Assembly (NCBI GenBank): GCA_017461055.1
Contig: JAFTZI010000005.1
Coordinates: 2,557-66,556, forward strand
Direction of reading: 5' to 3'
From: Clostridia bacterium
Lineage (GTDB): Bacteria > Bacillota > Clostridia > Oscillospirales > CAG-272
DNA length: 64,000 nt
How positions within the stretch are numbered: the stretch's first letter is position 1; every line of letters starts with the position of its first letter. The notes under the pieces were generated by a model. The model had not been told where the DNA came from. It saw only the letters and a program-made list of their open reading frames with translations, and made no database searches. Positions 10,294 to 20,121 of this stretch are shown piece after piece. Made by a program: the position numbers and the translations under genes.

Positions 10294-10628
10294 CTGATAT
10301 GCTCCGGTAACTTTTCACCACCAAGAATATGAAAATGCAAGTGCATTACACTCTGGCAAGAATCAAGTCCACTATTGGTTATTACTCTAAATCCATTAGT
10401 AATTCCGGCTAAAGAAGCGATTTGTGGAATTTTTTCAAAAATATATGCAACTTCATTGCTATTCGTTTGGTTTATTTCACTGGCGCTTTCAATGTGAGCC
10501 TTGGGAACAACCAAAACGTGAATTTTAGCCTCCGGATTGATATCATAAAAAGCCAATATTCTTTCATCCTCATAAACCTTATTTGAAGGTATTTGACCGT
10601 TTACAATTTTACAAAAAAGACAGTCCAT
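10290..10628 (-). CDS. HIT-family (histidine triad) nucleotide hydrolase
   Basis: MDCLFCKIVNGQIPS start and HLHFHILGG histidine triad. Start moved to the ATG at 10628, which has AAGGAG upstream. Confidence 0.85.
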   Translation of the reverse strand: MDCLFCKIVNGQIPSNKVYEDERILAFYDINPEAKIHVLVVPKAHIESASEINQTNSNEVAYIFEKIPQIASLAGITNGFRVITNSGLDSCQSVMHLHFHILGGEKLPEHIR

Positions 10629-10700
10629 ATTTTTCTCCTTGACCTTAACTAAATATTGTGATACAATTATACAATACAAAACAAAAAAAATCAAGGATTA

Positions 10701-11801
10701 ATGATGAAAACCTACAAAAACATAATTTTTAATACATTTGTTGAAGATGCTTGGCACACTCTAAAAAATAGCAATAAACCAATTCTGATTTACGGTATGG
10801 GTAACGGTGCGGACAAGATTATTTCAGCTTTCAACAAATATGAAATCGAATATTGTGATGTATTTGCAAGCGATGGATTCGTACGCGGTCACAGCTATCG
10901 CGGAAAAAGAGTTTTATCGTATTCGGAGGCTTGCGATAAATATGTTGATTTTGATATTGTAGTTTCCTTTGGCTCAAAGCTGCCTGATGTGATTGAGCGC
11001 ATTTATTCATTAGAGGAGCGACACAATGTATATTCGCTTGATGTCCCTGTTTGTGACGGAGAGCTATTCAATAAAGAATTCTTTGACGTTCACCAAGAAG
11101 AGCTGTTAAATGCAAGGGAGTGCTTTTGTGATGAAAAATCCAAATTAATTTTTGATGACATTATAAGATACAAGCTAACAGGAAAGCTTTGCTATCTTAA
11201 ATCCACAGCCTGCAACGAATCGGAAGCCGACAATTTATTAAATCTGAATGACTATAGAACTTTTTTAGATTTGGGAGCATATAATGGCGATACAATTAAA
11301 AAATATATGGCTCTTTGCCCGAATCTTCAGGAAATTTACGCATTTGAGCCGGACAAGCGCAACTTTAAAAAGCTTTTAAAATACTGCGAGGAAATAGACA
11401 CACCCAAAATTTATGCTGTTAATTATGCCGCATATAGCTCTGACACGGAGCTCAGCTTTTCTTCCTCGGGCAACAGAAACTCCTCTGCTGCATCCTTGGG
11501 CTCGTATCAACACACCACTAACACTACTGAAGCAAAAGCTCCGGAGAATATAGTTAAAAAAGCTGACTTTATTAAATTTGACGTTGAGGGAATGGAGGCA
11601 GATGCTCTGCTTGGGTGTTCAAGACTTATTGAACAAATTCAGCCGGATATGCTTGTATCAATGTATCATAAAAGCGAAGATATGTACACCATTCCTTTAC
11701 TCGTGAAAAAGCTAAATTCTAATTATGCTCTTTACTTGCGCAGACTTCCATACATACCTGCTTGGGATTTGAACCTATATGCTATAAAAACCGTTAGTTG
11801 A
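10701..11801 (+). CDS. FkbM-family SAM-dependent methyltransferase
   Basis: LDLGAYNGDT SAM-binding motif, FEPD, and the FIKFDVEGME motif typical of FkbM-type enzymes. Confidence 0.75.
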   Translation: MMKTYKNIIFNTFVEDAWHTLKNSNKPILIYGMGNGADKIISAFNKYEIEYCDVFASDGFVRGHSYRGKRVLSYSEACDKYVDFDIVVSFGSKLPDVIERIYSLEERHNVYSLDVPVCDGELFNKEFFDVHQEELLNARECFCDEKSKLIFDDIIRYKLTGKLCYLKSTACNESEADNLLNLNDYRTFLDLGAYNGDTIKKYMALCPNLQEIYAFEPDKRNFKKLLKYCEEIDTPKIYAVNYAAYSSDTELSFSSSGNRNSSAASLGSYQHTTNTTEAKAPENIVKKADFIKFDVEGMEADALLGCSRLIEQIQPDMLVSMYHKSEDMYTIPLLVKKLNSNYALYLRRLPYIPAWDLNLYAIKTVS

Positions 11802-11807
11802 CTTTCA

Positions 11808-12239
11808 CTAACGGTTTTTTGTATTTAATTGACTAGTAAGCTTTCGTGCTTGTTTTTTTATTATTATGATCACAATGATACAAATTATAAAATACGTTAA
11901 AACGAATATTCCTGTAAATGCTCCTATAAAAATCCAATTAAACGGAATCCAAGAGTTAACGAGATAACAAACAATATATGCTATGTAAATTGAAATAAAA
12001 TGGAAGAAAAGCGATTTTGCAATGCTCCAGCTTTCAATTTGATTAAAAACACTTGATCCTGCTTGAATAAAAGCTAATAAGTACGTAGAAATGATTGCCA
12101 AAAATACTTCATTTCCCGTTAAAGCAAAGCCTTCTATTGAATTTGATAAAATTAAATAAACTATTCCTAAAATAATCGGACCAAATCCCGAAAATATCAG
12201 GCCTCGTAAAAAATACTGCTTTATGTACAAATTTTTCAT
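11808..12239 (-). CDS. DUF3021-like four-TM membrane protein, partner of the LytTR regulator
   Basis: 143 aa and almost entirely hydrophobic. 4-nt overlap with the upstream LytTR gene. Confidence 0.6.
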   Translation of the reverse strand: MKNLYIKQYFLRGLIFSGFGPIILGIVYLILSNSIEGFALTGNEVFLAIISTYLLAFIQAGSSVFNQIESWSIAKSLFFHFISIYIAYIVCYLVNSWIPFNWIFIGAFTGIFVLTYFIICIIVIIIIKKQARKLTSQLNTKNR

Positions 12240-12670
12240 ATTAGTCCCAGCCTTTCCTTAACCGCTTTCAGACGCCTGCGGGAAACGTAGTCCTTATATC
12301 CGTTTTTAAATGCTATCATAAGTGCTCCGCCTACCGAGGCTTCAAATTTGTCAATCATATTTAAATTTGCAAGAGTTGATTGGTTCACCTTAATAAATCC
12401 GTTGTCCACCTGCGTTTCTATTTTATAAAGACGGTCTTTGATTTGGTAGCGGTCCTTTAGAGTGTATGCAATAAGCTTATTGTTTTCAACCGTGAAGCAG
12501 CAAACCTCACTGAGTGCCAGCTTAACAATTTCATTGTCCTTATAGCCTATCACATCAATTTTTACTTTATTTACAATTCTTTCGATTTCCTTGACAGTAT
12601 CGGTAATTTCGTGAGAATATACAACTACTTCTTCCTTGTGGTTTTTATCTAAAATCAATTTAAAGTCCAT
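12236..12670 (-). CDS. Stand-alone LytTR-domain DNA-binding regulator (no receiver domain)
   Basis: 144 aa. LytTR-like C-terminal half (FIKVNQSTLANLNMI...YVSRRR). Confidence 0.75.
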   Translation of the reverse strand: MDFKLILDKNHKEEVVVYSHEITDTVKEIERIVNKVKIDVIGYKDNEIVKLALSEVCCFTVENNKLIAYTLKDRYQIKDRLYKIETQVDNGFIKVNQSTLANLNMIDKFEASVGGALMIAFKNGYKDYVSRRRLKAVKERLGLI

Positions 12671-12770
12671 ATAATTCCCCCCTTTTTACTTAGTTTTGCA
12701 TAGAATTACGAAAATTTCAAGTCCTTTTATGTATTCGGTTTATTTTTTTGCGTGTTTGGAGCTTTTTTAT

Positions 12771-12805
12771 CAAAAAAGCAAGAAATCTCTAAGAAATTTC
12801 TTGCT
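12771..12805 (-). terminator. Rho-independent terminator after the carD-like gene
   Basis: Arms AGCAAGAAAT (12777-12786) and ATTTCTTGCT (12796-12805). A-run 12772-12777 gives a U-tail on the minus strand. Confidence 0.5.
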
Positions 12806-12810
12806 GATTT

Positions 12811-13329
12811 TTAATTAAGTTTTCTTGCGCATTTGATTTCACCCAAAAGATATGGCAAAAGCTGTTCCTGTGTAATTATTAAAATGTGTGAAAGCTCCAT
12901 AAACAGGATTTGTAAAGCTTTTTTTAAAAATTCCTCATCCATTGTGTATAGCTTCTTAACATTTGAATTTTTGCCATCCTTTATTTCACAAAGCATTTTT
13001 ACGGTAGCGATAATTTCTTCTCTATTGTAGGTGCTTAACAATTCTTTATATAGCTTATTTCTCAATTTATTGTCACTTATCCATTCACCCCTACAAGTAT
13101 TATGACAAATTAACTGCTCAAGAGAATCAAAATCCAACAGCTTTTTAATTTTACTACATAAAATATCATTATCTACGGGAACATATAGTCTGCTGCTTTT
13201 ATTTTCCTTGGGTTCTAAAATATAATAAGTTTTAATGTCACTCATTCCCCGAAAGCCTTGTGTACTAATATCTAATACCTCGCAAATTCCCTCAGCTCCA
13301 TATACAACTAAATCACCTTTTTTAAGCAT
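12811..13329 (-). CDS. CarD/CdnL-family RNA-polymerase-binding regulator
   Basis: MLKKGDLVVYGAEGICEVLDI N-terminus. Start set at the ATG at 13329, which has GAGGTG upstream. Confidence 0.8.
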   Translation of the reverse strand: MLKKGDLVVYGAEGICEVLDISTQGFRGMSDIKTYYILEPKENKSSRLYVPVDNDILCSKIKKLLDFDSLEQLICHNTCRGEWISDNKLRNKLYKELLSTYNREEIIATVKMLCEIKDGKNSNVKKLYTMDEEFLKKALQILFMELSHILIITQEQLLPYLLGEIKCARKLN

Positions 13330-13469
13330 ATTACACCTCAATTAAAAATATGGCGTGTAATTTGGTCGGAAGATTCCATAAACTACACGCCTCTTTATTT
13401 AATTTTAACACATTTTTTCAAAAAAGTGTAATAGGCAAATTCAAAAAAATTTATTTTTTTCTTGAATTT

Positions 13470-14225
13470 TTACACAGAAAATATCCTTGAACAAAAAACT
13501 TCAGTTTTTATTTCTTTGCAAATTGACTCGATTTCGCGCTGAAGCACACTGCAAACGGGTTGCTCAGTAAAATAGTGTCCTGCCTCAACAATATTGATAC
13601 CCATATCGCAAGCATCAATTGCAGTATTATAGCTTGCTCTTCCTGTTAATATAGTATCACATCCTTGAACAAGGGCACAAGAAATTAAATCCTTGCCATC
13701 ACCGCCTACAACATATACCTTATTAACTTGTTTGTTTCCATTATAAAACACGATTTTGGAATTCAGAGCAGCTTTAACATTTTCGGCAAACGTCGATAAT
13801 TCGATTTTTTCTTTCAAATAACCGATTCTGCCAATTGGATCATAAGTGTCCACTTGAACATCACATAATCCTACCAATTTTGCCAATTCATCGTTAACAC
13901 CACCATCGGCTGCGTCTAATCTTGTATGAAATGACATAACGCCTATGTTATTTTTTATCAGGGAAATTAACTTACTCTGAGTATAATTTAAGGGACATAA
14001 TGACTTTTGGGGCTTAAAAACCAAAGGGTGATGTGAAACAATTAAGTCAAAACCGTTTTGAACGGCATAATCAATAGCTTCCATTGTTACATCAAGAGAA
14101 ATTAAAACCTTTTTAACCTCTTTATTTACATCATCAATGCACATTATACCATCATTATCCCATTCACAGCTAAGCTCTTTAGGATACAGCTTGCATAAAT
14201 TTAAATATAATTCATTAAACGTCAT
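13470..14225 (-). CDS. Nif3-family dinuclear metal centre protein (YqfO-like)
   Basis: LIVSHHPLVF and SFHTRLD motifs. Adjacent to trmK, as in other Firmicutes. Confidence 0.85.
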   Translation of the reverse strand: MTFNELYLNLCKLYPKELSCEWDNDGIMCIDDVNKEVKKVLISLDVTMEAIDYAVQNGFDLIVSHHPLVFKPQKSLCPLNYTQSKLISLIKNNIGVMSFHTRLDAADGGVNDELAKLVGLCDVQVDTYDPIGRIGYLKEKIELSTFAENVKAALNSKIVFYNGNKQVNKVYVVGGDGKDLISCALVQGCDTILTGRASYNTAIDACDMGINIVEAGHYFTEQPVCSVLQREIESICKEIKTEVFCSRIFSV

Positions 14226-14898
14226 TTTTAAGTTTCTCCAATTCTAATATTTCAGCCTCAACTTCACTTGTGTCGTATCCGCCGACCTTTAAACCGTTAA
14301 GTCTTTTTATCTTTTTGTCTATTGCGAGATTTAACAAAGAAATAAATTCTTCTCCCTTATTTTTAATGTTTAGCTTACCAAGTTCTAATTCCGGTCTTGA
14401 ATATTGGTGCTTTTTTCCGTCATATTCAACGCACATTACTTGATATAGCTTATTATCTTCACGCACGATATTTTCGGCAATTGTAGAAAACCCATTGGAA
14501 AGATATTCTCTGAGTTCATAAATACTTGTCATAGGCTGCAAAATCAAACGAATATTTTTGCTTTTTATGTAACTTGACGAGTCTAATATTTTTGCTATTA
14601 GCTCTCCACCCATTCCGCAAATCACTATATCAGTAGGGTTATATTTCTCTATCTTATCAAGACCGTTTGCAATTTCGGTATAGATTTTATCAGTCAAATC
14701 ATACTTCAAAATATTTTCTTTTGCCTTTAATATAGGGCCTTCGTTAATGTCCGAAGCGAGAGCTAGCCTTGCTATTCCATTTGAAACTAAATATATTGGA
14801 AGATACGCATGGTCCGTGCCAATATCAGCAACAAATGCACCGCTACGTACATATGAGGCAGCGGTGCTTAGTCTTTTGCTTAATTTTAAATCACTCAT
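14215..14898 (-). CDS. trmK: tRNA (adenine22-N1)-methyltransferase TrmK
   Basis: MSDLKLSKRL...VADIGTDHAYLPIYL. Start moved to the ATG at 14898. The longer track ORF overlaps the upstream gene. Confidence 0.8.
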   Translation of the reverse strand: MSDLKLSKRLSTAASYVRSGAFVADIGTDHAYLPIYLVSNGIARLALASDINEGPILKAKENILKYDLTDKIYTEIANGLDKIEKYNPTDIVICGMGGELIAKILDSSSYIKSKNIRLILQPMTSIYELREYLSNGFSTIAENIVREDNKLYQVMCVEYDGKKHQYSRPELELGKLNIKNKGEEFISLLNLAIDKKIKRLNGLKVGGYDTSEVEAEILELEKLKNDV

Positions 14899-15097
14899 TG
14901 GTTGATGCAAGAAAATCGTTAAGCTTCTTAACAAGTGCATCGGCATCTGTTCCGTGAACTGCACATGCGTCCTCTATGGATTCGCCTCTTGAATGAGGGC
15001 AACCAAGACAGTGCATACCGATTTCAAAGAAAAACTGTGCTGTTTCTCTGTTATAATCAAGAACATCACCAATTAAAGTTTGTTTTGTAACTACCAT
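14891..15097 (-). CDS. DUF1858 / hybrid-cluster-protein-associated redox disulfide domain protein
   Basis: 68 aa with GMHCLGCP motif. Confidence 0.7.
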   Translation of the reverse strand: MVVTKQTLIGDVLDYNRETAQFFFEIGMHCLGCPHSRGESIEDACAVHGTDADALVKKLNDFLASTNE

Positions 15098-15101
15098 TTT
15101 T

Positions 15102-16355
15102 TCAATCTCCTTTAATCAATTTAATTTTACCACCGATATTAGCTATTTTTTCAACAATATTCTCATAGCCTCTAACGATATAATTAACATTATTAATTTC
15201 GCTTTTACCCTCAGCGCCTAAAGCAGCTGCAACAAGTGCTGCGCCTGCCCTTAAATCAGTTGCATCCAGCATAGCGCCCTTAAGGTCAGCATCCCTTATG
15301 TATACGGTGTTTCCGTGCCTTTTAATGCATGCACCCATTTTTTCAAGCTCTTTAACATATGCAAATCTTGTAGGAAAAACAAGCTCCTTAATAGAACCAC
15401 CACCATTTGCATAGCACAGTAAGGCAGCAAATTGCGGATGCAAATCCGTAGGAAAACACGGGTATGGCGATGTGACAACGTCTGCTCCGTTGATGACTTC
15501 AGCCACTACTCTTAAACGGCTTTGTCCCTCGAATATTTTAAATCCCATTCCTCTGAACAGCTTAATTTCATTAGATAAATGCTGTGTGTTAACTCCTGAT
15601 ATATCAATGCTTCCCTTACAAATACCAACATAGGTTATATAGGTCAAAGCTTCGATCATATCGGGAAAAATTTTGTATTTAGTACCGTATAAGCGCTTAA
15701 CACCCTTGCAAATAATGACGTTTCCATATCTGTTTATACAAGCACCGCACTTATTGAGAAATGAAATTAAATCTTCAACATGCGGCTCCATAGCACAATT
15801 GCTTATAACAGTTACACCGTCGATAAACACAGATGCAAGCACTATATTAATTGTAGCACCAACAGAAATTTTGTCAAGTATTATTTTATTACATTTAAGC
15901 TTTTTATTGGAAAATATTTTAATTTTTTCATCATTTTCCTCACAAATTGCTCCCAAGCCGGAAAATCCTTTTAAATGTAAATCCAAGGGTCGCACGCCGA
16001 AGTTACAGCCTCCCGGCATGGGTATTTCTACACTTCCGAATCTTGAAAGCATCGCACCCATAAGATATGAGGATGCGCGCATTTGGCAAATCAAGCTTGT
16101 TTCCTTTATTGACTCTTTGGCATTCTTAGTGTTTATTATCACGGAATGTTGACCGCAAAACTCAGCCTTAGCACCCATCGAATTTAAGATTTTAAGAGCA
16201 TTGGATACATCACTGACTCTTGGAACATTATCAATAATACAATCTTCGGGAATCAGCAGACAAGCAAAAATTATCGGTAAAGCTGAATTTTTCATTCCGC
16301 TTACTTTTATACTGCCCTCTAATTTTTCTTTACCATATATAACTATTTTTTCCAT
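15102..16355 (-). CDS. murA: UDP-N-acetylglucosamine 1-carboxyvinyltransferase MurA
   Basis: 417 aa. N-terminus GSIKVSGMKNSALPI, active-site-loop region PGGCNFGVRPLDLH. Confidence 0.93.
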   Translation of the reverse strand: MEKIVIYGKEKLEGSIKVSGMKNSALPIIFACLLIPEDCIIDNVPRVSDVSNALKILNSMGAKAEFCGQHSVIINTKNAKESIKETSLICQMRASSYLMGAMLSRFGSVEIPMPGGCNFGVRPLDLHLKGFSGLGAICEENDEKIKIFSNKKLKCNKIILDKISVGATINIVLASVFIDGVTVISNCAMEPHVEDLISFLNKCGACINRYGNVIICKGVKRLYGTKYKIFPDMIEALTYITYVGICKGSIDISGVNTQHLSNEIKLFRGMGFKIFEGQSRLRVVAEVINGADVVTSPYPCFPTDLHPQFAALLCYANGGGSIKELVFPTRFAYVKELEKMGACIKRHGNTVYIRDADLKGAMLDATDLRAGAALVAAALGAEGKSEINNVNYIVRGYENIVEKIANIGGKIKLIKGD

Positions 16356-16413
16356 AACAGCCTCGAATAAAAATCGCTATTATAATCTTATTCAAGACCG
16401 AGGAAAATAGTGA

Positions 16414-17523
16414 CTATTTAGTTTTGTTCAATAAATAAGCAGTAACTATTTCAACAATCATACCATATGATTTAGTTCCCTGTGTTTGACCGTTAGCCTG
16501 TAAATATGAATCGTTCATGCTGTCCGCAACCTCAGATGCCTTGGAATCAGCATATTTTTCAAAAAATTTGCTATAGCTCTGTCTATCGCCAATTACTCTT
16601 TTATCAAGCTTAGATGCTACCTGGAAATATAATTCAGGTGACTCACCGTACAAGGCGTTGACGATGTTGGCATACACGTCCAAGTAGGCGCTGTATTTAA
16701 GAAACGGATCGTCCGATTCAAGCAAAACAGCGAAGGAAATGAAGTTACATTCATCCTCTCTTGCAAAACCGCGCTGGTGTGCCATTTCATGAGCCGATGT
16801 AGATGCAATTACAAAATCAGGGTAATTTACATTTACGTTTGCTTCACCGGTCATAAAGGTATATATGCCGGAAATATGCGTATATGTCATTGGCTCACTT
16901 AAAATGATGGGCTTAATTTTGGAATAGTATGTTCTCAAAACAGGATATTTGTCTACAAAGCTTTCGTATGCCTTACATATCTTTTCGCTCATCTCTGAGT
17001 AAGAATACGGCATCTTTGATGCTCCGTTTTCATCAAATTCTACATATTCTACCAAACTATTCAGTTCTTTTACGATTATTTCAGATGCGTTATATAACTC
17101 CTCTGCCGTTAAGTCGCCCCTGTCCAAATTCATCTTGTCTTCAATTTTAGAAATATGAAAGCCGCTTGAATATGTCCACACGTACAATATAAAAACAAGG
17201 CAAAGAATAGATAAGATTACCATTAAATATTTTATACTTGCTTTTTTCCCGCGCTTTCCGTATTTAAATGCTAATAAAATCAAGACAATTAATATTAACG
17301 GTGATAAAATCAGTGCTACCTCTGCAATCGAAAACGGAAGTATAACAGTTACCCAAGAAATAGCCACTCTAATCGGAAAAGATAAATTGTAATTGAAAAA
17401 ATCAGCAAAGCTTACATTGTTAAGTATAATGATGTAAAGAATGAGACTGATTATCGTCAAAGAAAAAACCACTAAAGAAAATAATGGTATGTATTCTCTT
17501 GTTTTAGAAAGGAATTTCTTCAT
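16414..17523 (-). CDS. DUF3810-family membrane protein with HExxH zinc-protease motif
   Basis: N-terminal TM helices and HEMAH motif (SAHEMAHQRG). Confidence 0.7.
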   Translation of the reverse strand: MKKFLSKTREYIPLFSLVVFSLTIISLILYIIILNNVSFADFFNYNLSFPIRVAISWVTVILPFSIAEVALILSPLILIVLILLAFKYGKRGKKASIKYLMVILSILCLVFILYVWTYSSGFHISKIEDKMNLDRGDLTAEELYNASEIIVKELNSLVEYVEFDENGASKMPYSYSEMSEKICKAYESFVDKYPVLRTYYSKIKPIILSEPMTYTHISGIYTFMTGEANVNVNYPDFVIASTSAHEMAHQRGFAREDECNFISFAVLLESDDPFLKYSAYLDVYANIVNALYGESPELYFQVASKLDKRVIGDRQSYSKFFEKYADSKASEVADSMNDSYLQANGQTQGTKSYGMIVEIVTAYLLNKTK

Positions 17524-18388
17524 TTTTAAAATATCTCCTTAATAATTCTAACATATCACCGGGTAATGGCGCACAAAAGCTACCAATTTCACCTAAATTC
17601 ATTTTGTAGCAATGCAGAGCCTGCCTCGAAATAAAATCGCTCTTTTCACAATATAAATTATCTCCTATAATTGGGTGACCGATATAAGCCATATGCACAC
17701 GAATCTGGTGTGTTCTTCCGGTTTTGGGCTTTACTAATAAAAGACTTGCCTCATCTGTTGAAAGTAGGCTTTCGTATTCTGTAATTGCTCTTTCTCCGTC
17801 CATTCTGACAACGCGTTTAATTATGCTCTCTCCGATTCTGTCAATTGGAGCATCAATAATTCCCATTCCCTCTATTTTGCCCGAAACGATTGCTATGTAT
17901 TCCTTATAAACATTACCTTTTTTAATCTTATCTGAAATCAATGAGGCGTAGTATCTATTATTAGCGGTTATTACAAGTCCGCTCGTGTCCTTATCCAATC
18001 TGTTTGATGCTCTAAATACATATGGCTTGTTTAAATATCTGAATTTTAATGCATTAGCCAAGGTATTACCATGATTGTTCATTGATTGATGAGTCGGCAT
18101 TCCGCTCGGCTTGTTGACCACTGTAATATTTTCATCCTCATAGATAATTTTTATAGGCAGGTCAACAGGCTCCAAATACTCATTTGTATCATCGTCAAAA
18201 TCTGTAATTATAAGCTTCAATATATCGTTTTCCTTTAAACGATATGTTACATTTTGATGTTCAGAATTTACCGTGATACCGTTTTCGATTTTTTTAAGTC
18301 TTTTTAAAAGCCCTGCCGAAATACCTCGTTCCCTTAGGAAATCTTTTATCGTCTTATTCGAATCTTCTTTTTTAATTTCATATTTCAT
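17504..18388 (-). CDS. RluA/RluD-family 23S rRNA pseudouridine synthase
   Basis: S4-like N-terminus. HRLDKDTSG-type motif (NRLDKDTSG) and GRTHQIRVH. Confidence 0.88.
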   Translation of the reverse strand: MKYEIKKEDSNKTIKDFLRERGISAGLLKRLKKIENGITVNSEHQNVTYRLKENDILKLIITDFDDDTNEYLEPVDLPIKIIYEDENITVVNKPSGMPTHQSMNNHGNTLANALKFRYLNKPYVFRASNRLDKDTSGLVITANNRYYASLISDKIKKGNVYKEYIAIVSGKIEGMGIIDAPIDRIGESIIKRVVRMDGERAITEYESLLSTDEASLLLVKPKTGRTHQIRVHMAYIGHPIIGDNLYCEKSDFISRQALHCYKMNLGEIGSFCAPLPGDMLELLRRYFKNEEIPF

Positions 18389-18461
18389 GTATTTATTTTA
18401 ACATATATGCTCGGTTTTTTGAGTACTAAAAATTAATTTTTTATAAAATTTTATAAAACAC

Positions 18462-18490
18462 TTGCTAAATTGGAAATTTTAGGCTATAAT
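18462..18490 (+). promoter_or_regulatory. Sigma-A-type promoter of yajC
   Basis: TTGCTA (18462-18467), 17-nt spacer, TATAAT (18485-18490). Confidence 0.5.
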
Positions 18491-18522
18491 AGTATAGAAA
18501 TTTTTATCTATGGAGGTCCATA

Positions 18523-18978
18523 ATGGATTATATTGAAACAATATTAATGGTTGTTCTTCTTGTAGGTGTTTTTTATATGATGTACAGATCAAATAAAAAG
18601 CAGGAAAGAGAAACAGCAGAAATGCGTAACAGCTTGGAAATCGGAGACGAAATCACGACTATCGGTGGTATAATCGGTGAAATCGTAAGAATCAAGGAAG
18701 AGACTGTTACAATAGAAACAGGTAAAGATAGAACTAAAATCAGAATTTTACGTTCCGCAGTTCGTTCTGTTGATGTACATGCCTACGAAAAAAGAGGAGA
18801 TGGCAAAAAGCCTGAGCCACCTGTTACAGAAGAACCTAAAAAGACACGCAGACTTTTCGGCAAAAACAAAGTTAAAAATGCTGAAAATCAAACCGAACAA
18901 GTTGAATCAAATAACAATGCTTATGTTATCTCTGATGACGCTAATGAAGCTGCTTCCGTTGAAGAAAAAGCTGAGTAA
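18523..18978 (+). CDS. yajC: Preprotein translocase subunit YajC with a long charged C-terminal extension
   Basis: TM helix followed by LEIGDEITTIGGIIGEIV YajC core. About 70 extra C-terminal residues. Confidence 0.8.
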   Translation: MDYIETILMVVLLVGVFYMMYRSNKKQERETAEMRNSLEIGDEITTIGGIIGEIVRIKEETVTIETGKDRTKIRILRSAVRSVDVHAYEKRGDGKKPEPPVTEEPKKTRRLFGKNKVKNAENQTEQVESNNNAYVISDDANEAASVEEKAE

Positions 18979-19048
18979 TCTATATTTTATTTCATAATTT
19001 TCGCTCCTCACAAATATACTGTAACATAGTATGTTTGTGAGGTTTTTT

Positions 19049-19492
19049 ATGAAAACACTAAATCGTAAAAAAAGATTAGCTTTCCAAAGCGACGAAAACA
19101 AATCAATATTACAAATTTTAAAATACTGTATTGTTTTTACCTTGTTCTTCTTCGCTTCGTCTTTACTTATTGTTCTTTTAGCATCATTAGCTTTATTTAA
19201 TACAGGCGATCCGTCAAAATATTTAAGTATAGTGTTAAAAATTGTACTGTATTCCTCTGTCTTTATCTGCTCACTTGCACTTGTAAAAAAGCTAAAGCAA
19301 AGCTATTTTATAACCGGACTTATTTTTGGATGCATAATATCCATTCTGCTTTTCATTTTATCTAAAGCAAGCGGTGGTGGGGGTTTATTAATATGGTATG
19401 CACTCATACCTGTATTTTCTGTTTTTGGAGCTCTTTCAGGAATTAAAAGGGAGCCAAAAAGAGGAAAAAGGAGACACAAGCATATAAATTAA
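19049..19492 (+). CDS. Multi-TM membrane protein, unknown function
   Basis: Start moved to ATG 19049 (MKTLNRKK) because the first 18 nt of the track ORF lie in the yajC terminator hairpin. Four hydrophobic segments. Confidence 0.5.
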   Translation: MKTLNRKKRLAFQSDENKSILQILKYCIVFTLFFFASSLLIVLLASLALFNTGDPSKYLSIVLKIVLYSSVFICSLALVKKLKQSYFITGLIFGCIISILLFILSKASGGGGLLIWYALIPVFSVFGALSGIKREPKRGKRRHKHIN

Positions 19493-19521
19493 AAAGGAAC
19501 TCAGTTTTGAGTTCCTTTTTA
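19491..19521. terminator. Bidirectional terminator between convergent genes
   Basis: AGGAACTCA (19495-19503) and TGAGTTCCT (19508-19516), flanked by an A-run and a T-run. Confidence 0.6.
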
Positions 19522-19537
19522 ATTCATCAAATTTTGA

Positions 19538-19879
19538 TTAGTTAAGTTCCTTAACCTTTGAAGCCTTACCTACTCTATCACGGAGATAGTAGAGCTTAGA
19601 TCTTCTAACCTTACCAGCTCTAACAACTTCAACATTAGCAACGTTTGGAGAATGAAGTGGGAATGTCTTTTCAACACCACAACCAGAAGCAACTCTTCTA
19701 ACAGTGAATGTCTCAGAAATGCCACCATTGTGCTTTGCGATAACTGTTCCTTCAAAAATCTGAATTCTCTCTCTTGTACCCTCTTTAATGAGATTGTGTA
19801 CCTTTACGGTATCACCAATGTTAAACTGAGGTACATTTTGCTTTAACTGCTCACTTACAAAAGCTTCCATTTTATTCAT
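19538..19879 (-). CDS. rplS: 50S ribosomal protein L19
   Basis: 113 aa. Motifs [10 protein letters not shown] and [17 protein letters not shown]. Confidence 0.95.
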   Translation of the reverse strand: MNKMEAFVSEQLKQNVPQFNIGDTVKVHNLIKEGTRERIQIFEGTVIAKHNGGISETFTVRRVASGCGVEKTFPLHSPNVANVEVVRAGKVRRSKLYYLRDRVGKASKVKELN

Positions 19880-19969
19880 AATAAGCCTCCATTACTTAGG
19901 ATGTTCGTACAGAGCAACGCAGAGGACCACCCTTTTATTTGCGTACGCATACACATACGTTCAGTATTA
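19880..19969 (-). promoter_or_regulatory. rplS promoter (TATAAT at 19969-19964) plus a candidate L19 autoregulatory leader
   Basis: The 5' UTR of about 80 nt is locally GC-rich. It contains complementary segments CGUAC/GUACG and ACGCA/UGCGU, and a CCUC tract that could pair with the SD. Confidence 0.3.
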
Positions 19970-20121
19970 TAGCATAGCTTTTCGGGTTTTTCAAGAGTTT
20001 TATGAAAAATTTTGAAAATATTTTTATACCAATATAAATATATTAAAAAAGTATTGTTTAAAAAATTTTTTTGTGGTAAAATATAGTGAATAGTATTAAA
20101 TATGCTCAGAAAGGAAACCAA

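Noticed and set aside
10629-10694. N-terminal extensions of track ORFs (HIT 10694, CarD 13341, TrmK 14964, LepB 20086, RNase HII 21734, Tig 24505, ClpP 25902, VTC 48657, kinase 35767, helical protein 60994)
   Set aside because: In each case an internal ATG with a good SD matches the conserved family N-terminus. The upstream extension overlaps a neighbouring gene, promoter or terminator.
15673-16152. 159-aa plus-strand ORF (and 15780-15974)
   Set aside because: Antisense to murA, which has clear family motifs. This is a shadow ORF.
19876-20121. 81-aa minus-strand ORF upstream of rplS
   Set aside because: It covers the rplS promoter and leader and the divergent lepB promoter region. It has no RBS and is better explained as non-coding.
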